56,001 bases of DNA from an uncultured Flavobacteriales bacterium (GTDB lineage: Bacteria > Bacteroidota > Bacteroidia > Flavobacteriales_D > CAJJDF01). Numbering within the stretch: position 1 is the first letter of the stretch; the number at the start of each line of letters is the position of its first letter. The position numbers and the translations under genes are program-made. The stretch covers positions 1 through 56,001 of the forward strand of contig CALLII010000012.1 of NCBI GenBank assembly GCA_938009745.1, in the 5' to 3' direction. Under the pieces are notes generated by a model. That model was not told the DNA's origin and made no database searches. It worked only from the letters and a program-made list of their open reading frames with translations. This document shows positions 55,701 to 56,001 of this stretch, piece after piece.

Positions 55701-56001
55701 TTTCATCTGGCCAAACAGTTTCAGTTGTTGACGAACCGTAAGCACTCATTTTAATTGGCATTTCGTACTCGTAGTAATTATTCTGGAAATCTGTTCCTAT
55801 TCTTACAAAAATAGTTACATCATCATCCTGCACTAATTCGTTAGTAATAGTATGTTGCTCTCCGTGAACATACATTTTAATTTTTTTGTAGTTAAGTACA
55901 TCAAAATCTACTGTTCTAAAAGCTGCTTTGGCAACACCATCTTCAAGTCCACAAACTTCTAGTTCTAAAGACTGCTCATTAAGCTGTGCACCAACTACTG
56001 A
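52714..56001 (-). CDS. sprA: T9SS translocon SprA/Sov, 3' part (continues beyond the right edge)
   Basis: The frame stays open past the track's ATG (…QLNEQSLELEVCGLEDG…YKKIKMYVH); RIGTDF..NYYEYE.P, GNPNL, VWVNELR, GFGGIE, EQFNPLIG, STSFP motifs typical of SprA. Confidence 0.93.
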   Translation of the reverse strand, partial: SVVGAQLNEQSLELEVCGLEDGVAKAAFRTVDFDVLNYKKIKMYVHGEQHTITNELVQDDDVTIFVRIGTDFQNNYYEYEMPIKMSAYGSSTTETVWPDENELVIILQDLKNLKIARNNALSSSAANILSVFEQAVPGKPDHLIKVIGNPNLRDLKTIMIGVRNPNSDNDHPWQPDDGADKCVKVWVNELRMSDFDNQGGWAVQSRVQANLADFAVVSLAGQLSTPGFGGIEDRVSERQRETIRQVDATTAIQLGKFFGPNAGVQLPLFLGFSEGVIDPQFDPLNPDIEFDQSIANDSREDQLQRIRDARDLTVRKSMNLTNVRISPVKKSKKMFPWDIQNFGFSYAYNELYMRDIQTEYNVSRTYNGALNYTYQTKLKPYTPFRNTKSLRSSPWFQIIRDININPLPKEIAFNTNINRTYTETSARDITGNALIIPQFTKTFTWDRNYNVNWNIMQGLRLNFVANNQAFITEPGDLKVDREKYPNEFQIVKDSVMESIRNFGENNHYLQSANITYTWPLKKIPVLSFLDLTTKYQATYDWQRAPLSQDSLGNTIQNSRNISWNAQLRMSTLYNKSAYLKKVNQKSRANARKRPTRSVSSNSETDKGKETEEGEEDEKKKKKKDPNKLTVADNFAKVLMSLQTVSLSYSTIDGQFLPGYAQESNLFGSANLNTPGLGFVFGGEQERDFFGNQTGSDFAQQAAANGWLVGETSKFINVQRTTNHSKNFNGTAVLEPFKGIRLELSANYLYSENMNENFIWNDSAGSYGNFNTMRSGNVSSSFNSLRTAFVREDSNGISSLFSDLLANRLIASNELSRGNLNSTRATDTDGFFDGYGGNQQEVILAAFISAYSGKEIGKRSLNPLEALPNLNWRLTFDGLTRLPAIQKVFRNIVFKHAYNSTFTVASFTTDLEAVIDTDGSAQARDASNNFRPEQQILAAAITEQFNPLIGVDATWQNSLITKFEYRSNRNISLSLTNNQITELKGTDITIGTGYRFQNVKFPIKIGKKQPISDIDCRIDVSFRNNKTIIRKIDQQQTLITAGQRYIAIKANATYVLNKQFTLRFFYDRVMNTPYISTSFPTMNQNVGFAVRVNLFQ

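Overview
AT-rich chromosomal window from a Bacteroidota genome, most likely Flavobacteriales-type. The assignment rests on SprA and PorZ type IX secretion genes, TAnnTTTG -7 promoters, and Bacteroidota-type sdhCAB and DUF3127. Most genes are housekeeping: acpP-fabF, sdhCAB, trpS, purN-rnhA, yebC, waaA, recQ, gltX, lnt and tRNA-Phe. Envelope/T9SS genes are sprA (partial), porZ, an Omp85-barrel protein, a TonB-dependent receptor, an M43 protease cargo, and a >1006-aa secreted protein that runs off the left edge and is missing from the ORF track. The best candidate for an undescribed system is a four-gene SAM-chemistry cluster at 37.0-42.0 kb: a tandem double methyltransferase, a Twitch/SPASM-like radical SAM enzyme, a B12-binding radical SAM enzyme and an NPPY methyltransferase, with no visible substrate. 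Other points of interest are two GT-C-like glycosyltransferases behind porZ, a kinase-less LytTR/REC/Hpt module, a REP-like palindrome dimer with an orphan ORF, heptamer repeat tracts before gltX, a shared ECF-like promoter motif, and in-frame insertions in Lnt and the adjacent MMPL transporter. I saw no CRISPR array, rRNA, integrase or transposase. All family assignments come from reading motifs by eye; no database searches were run.
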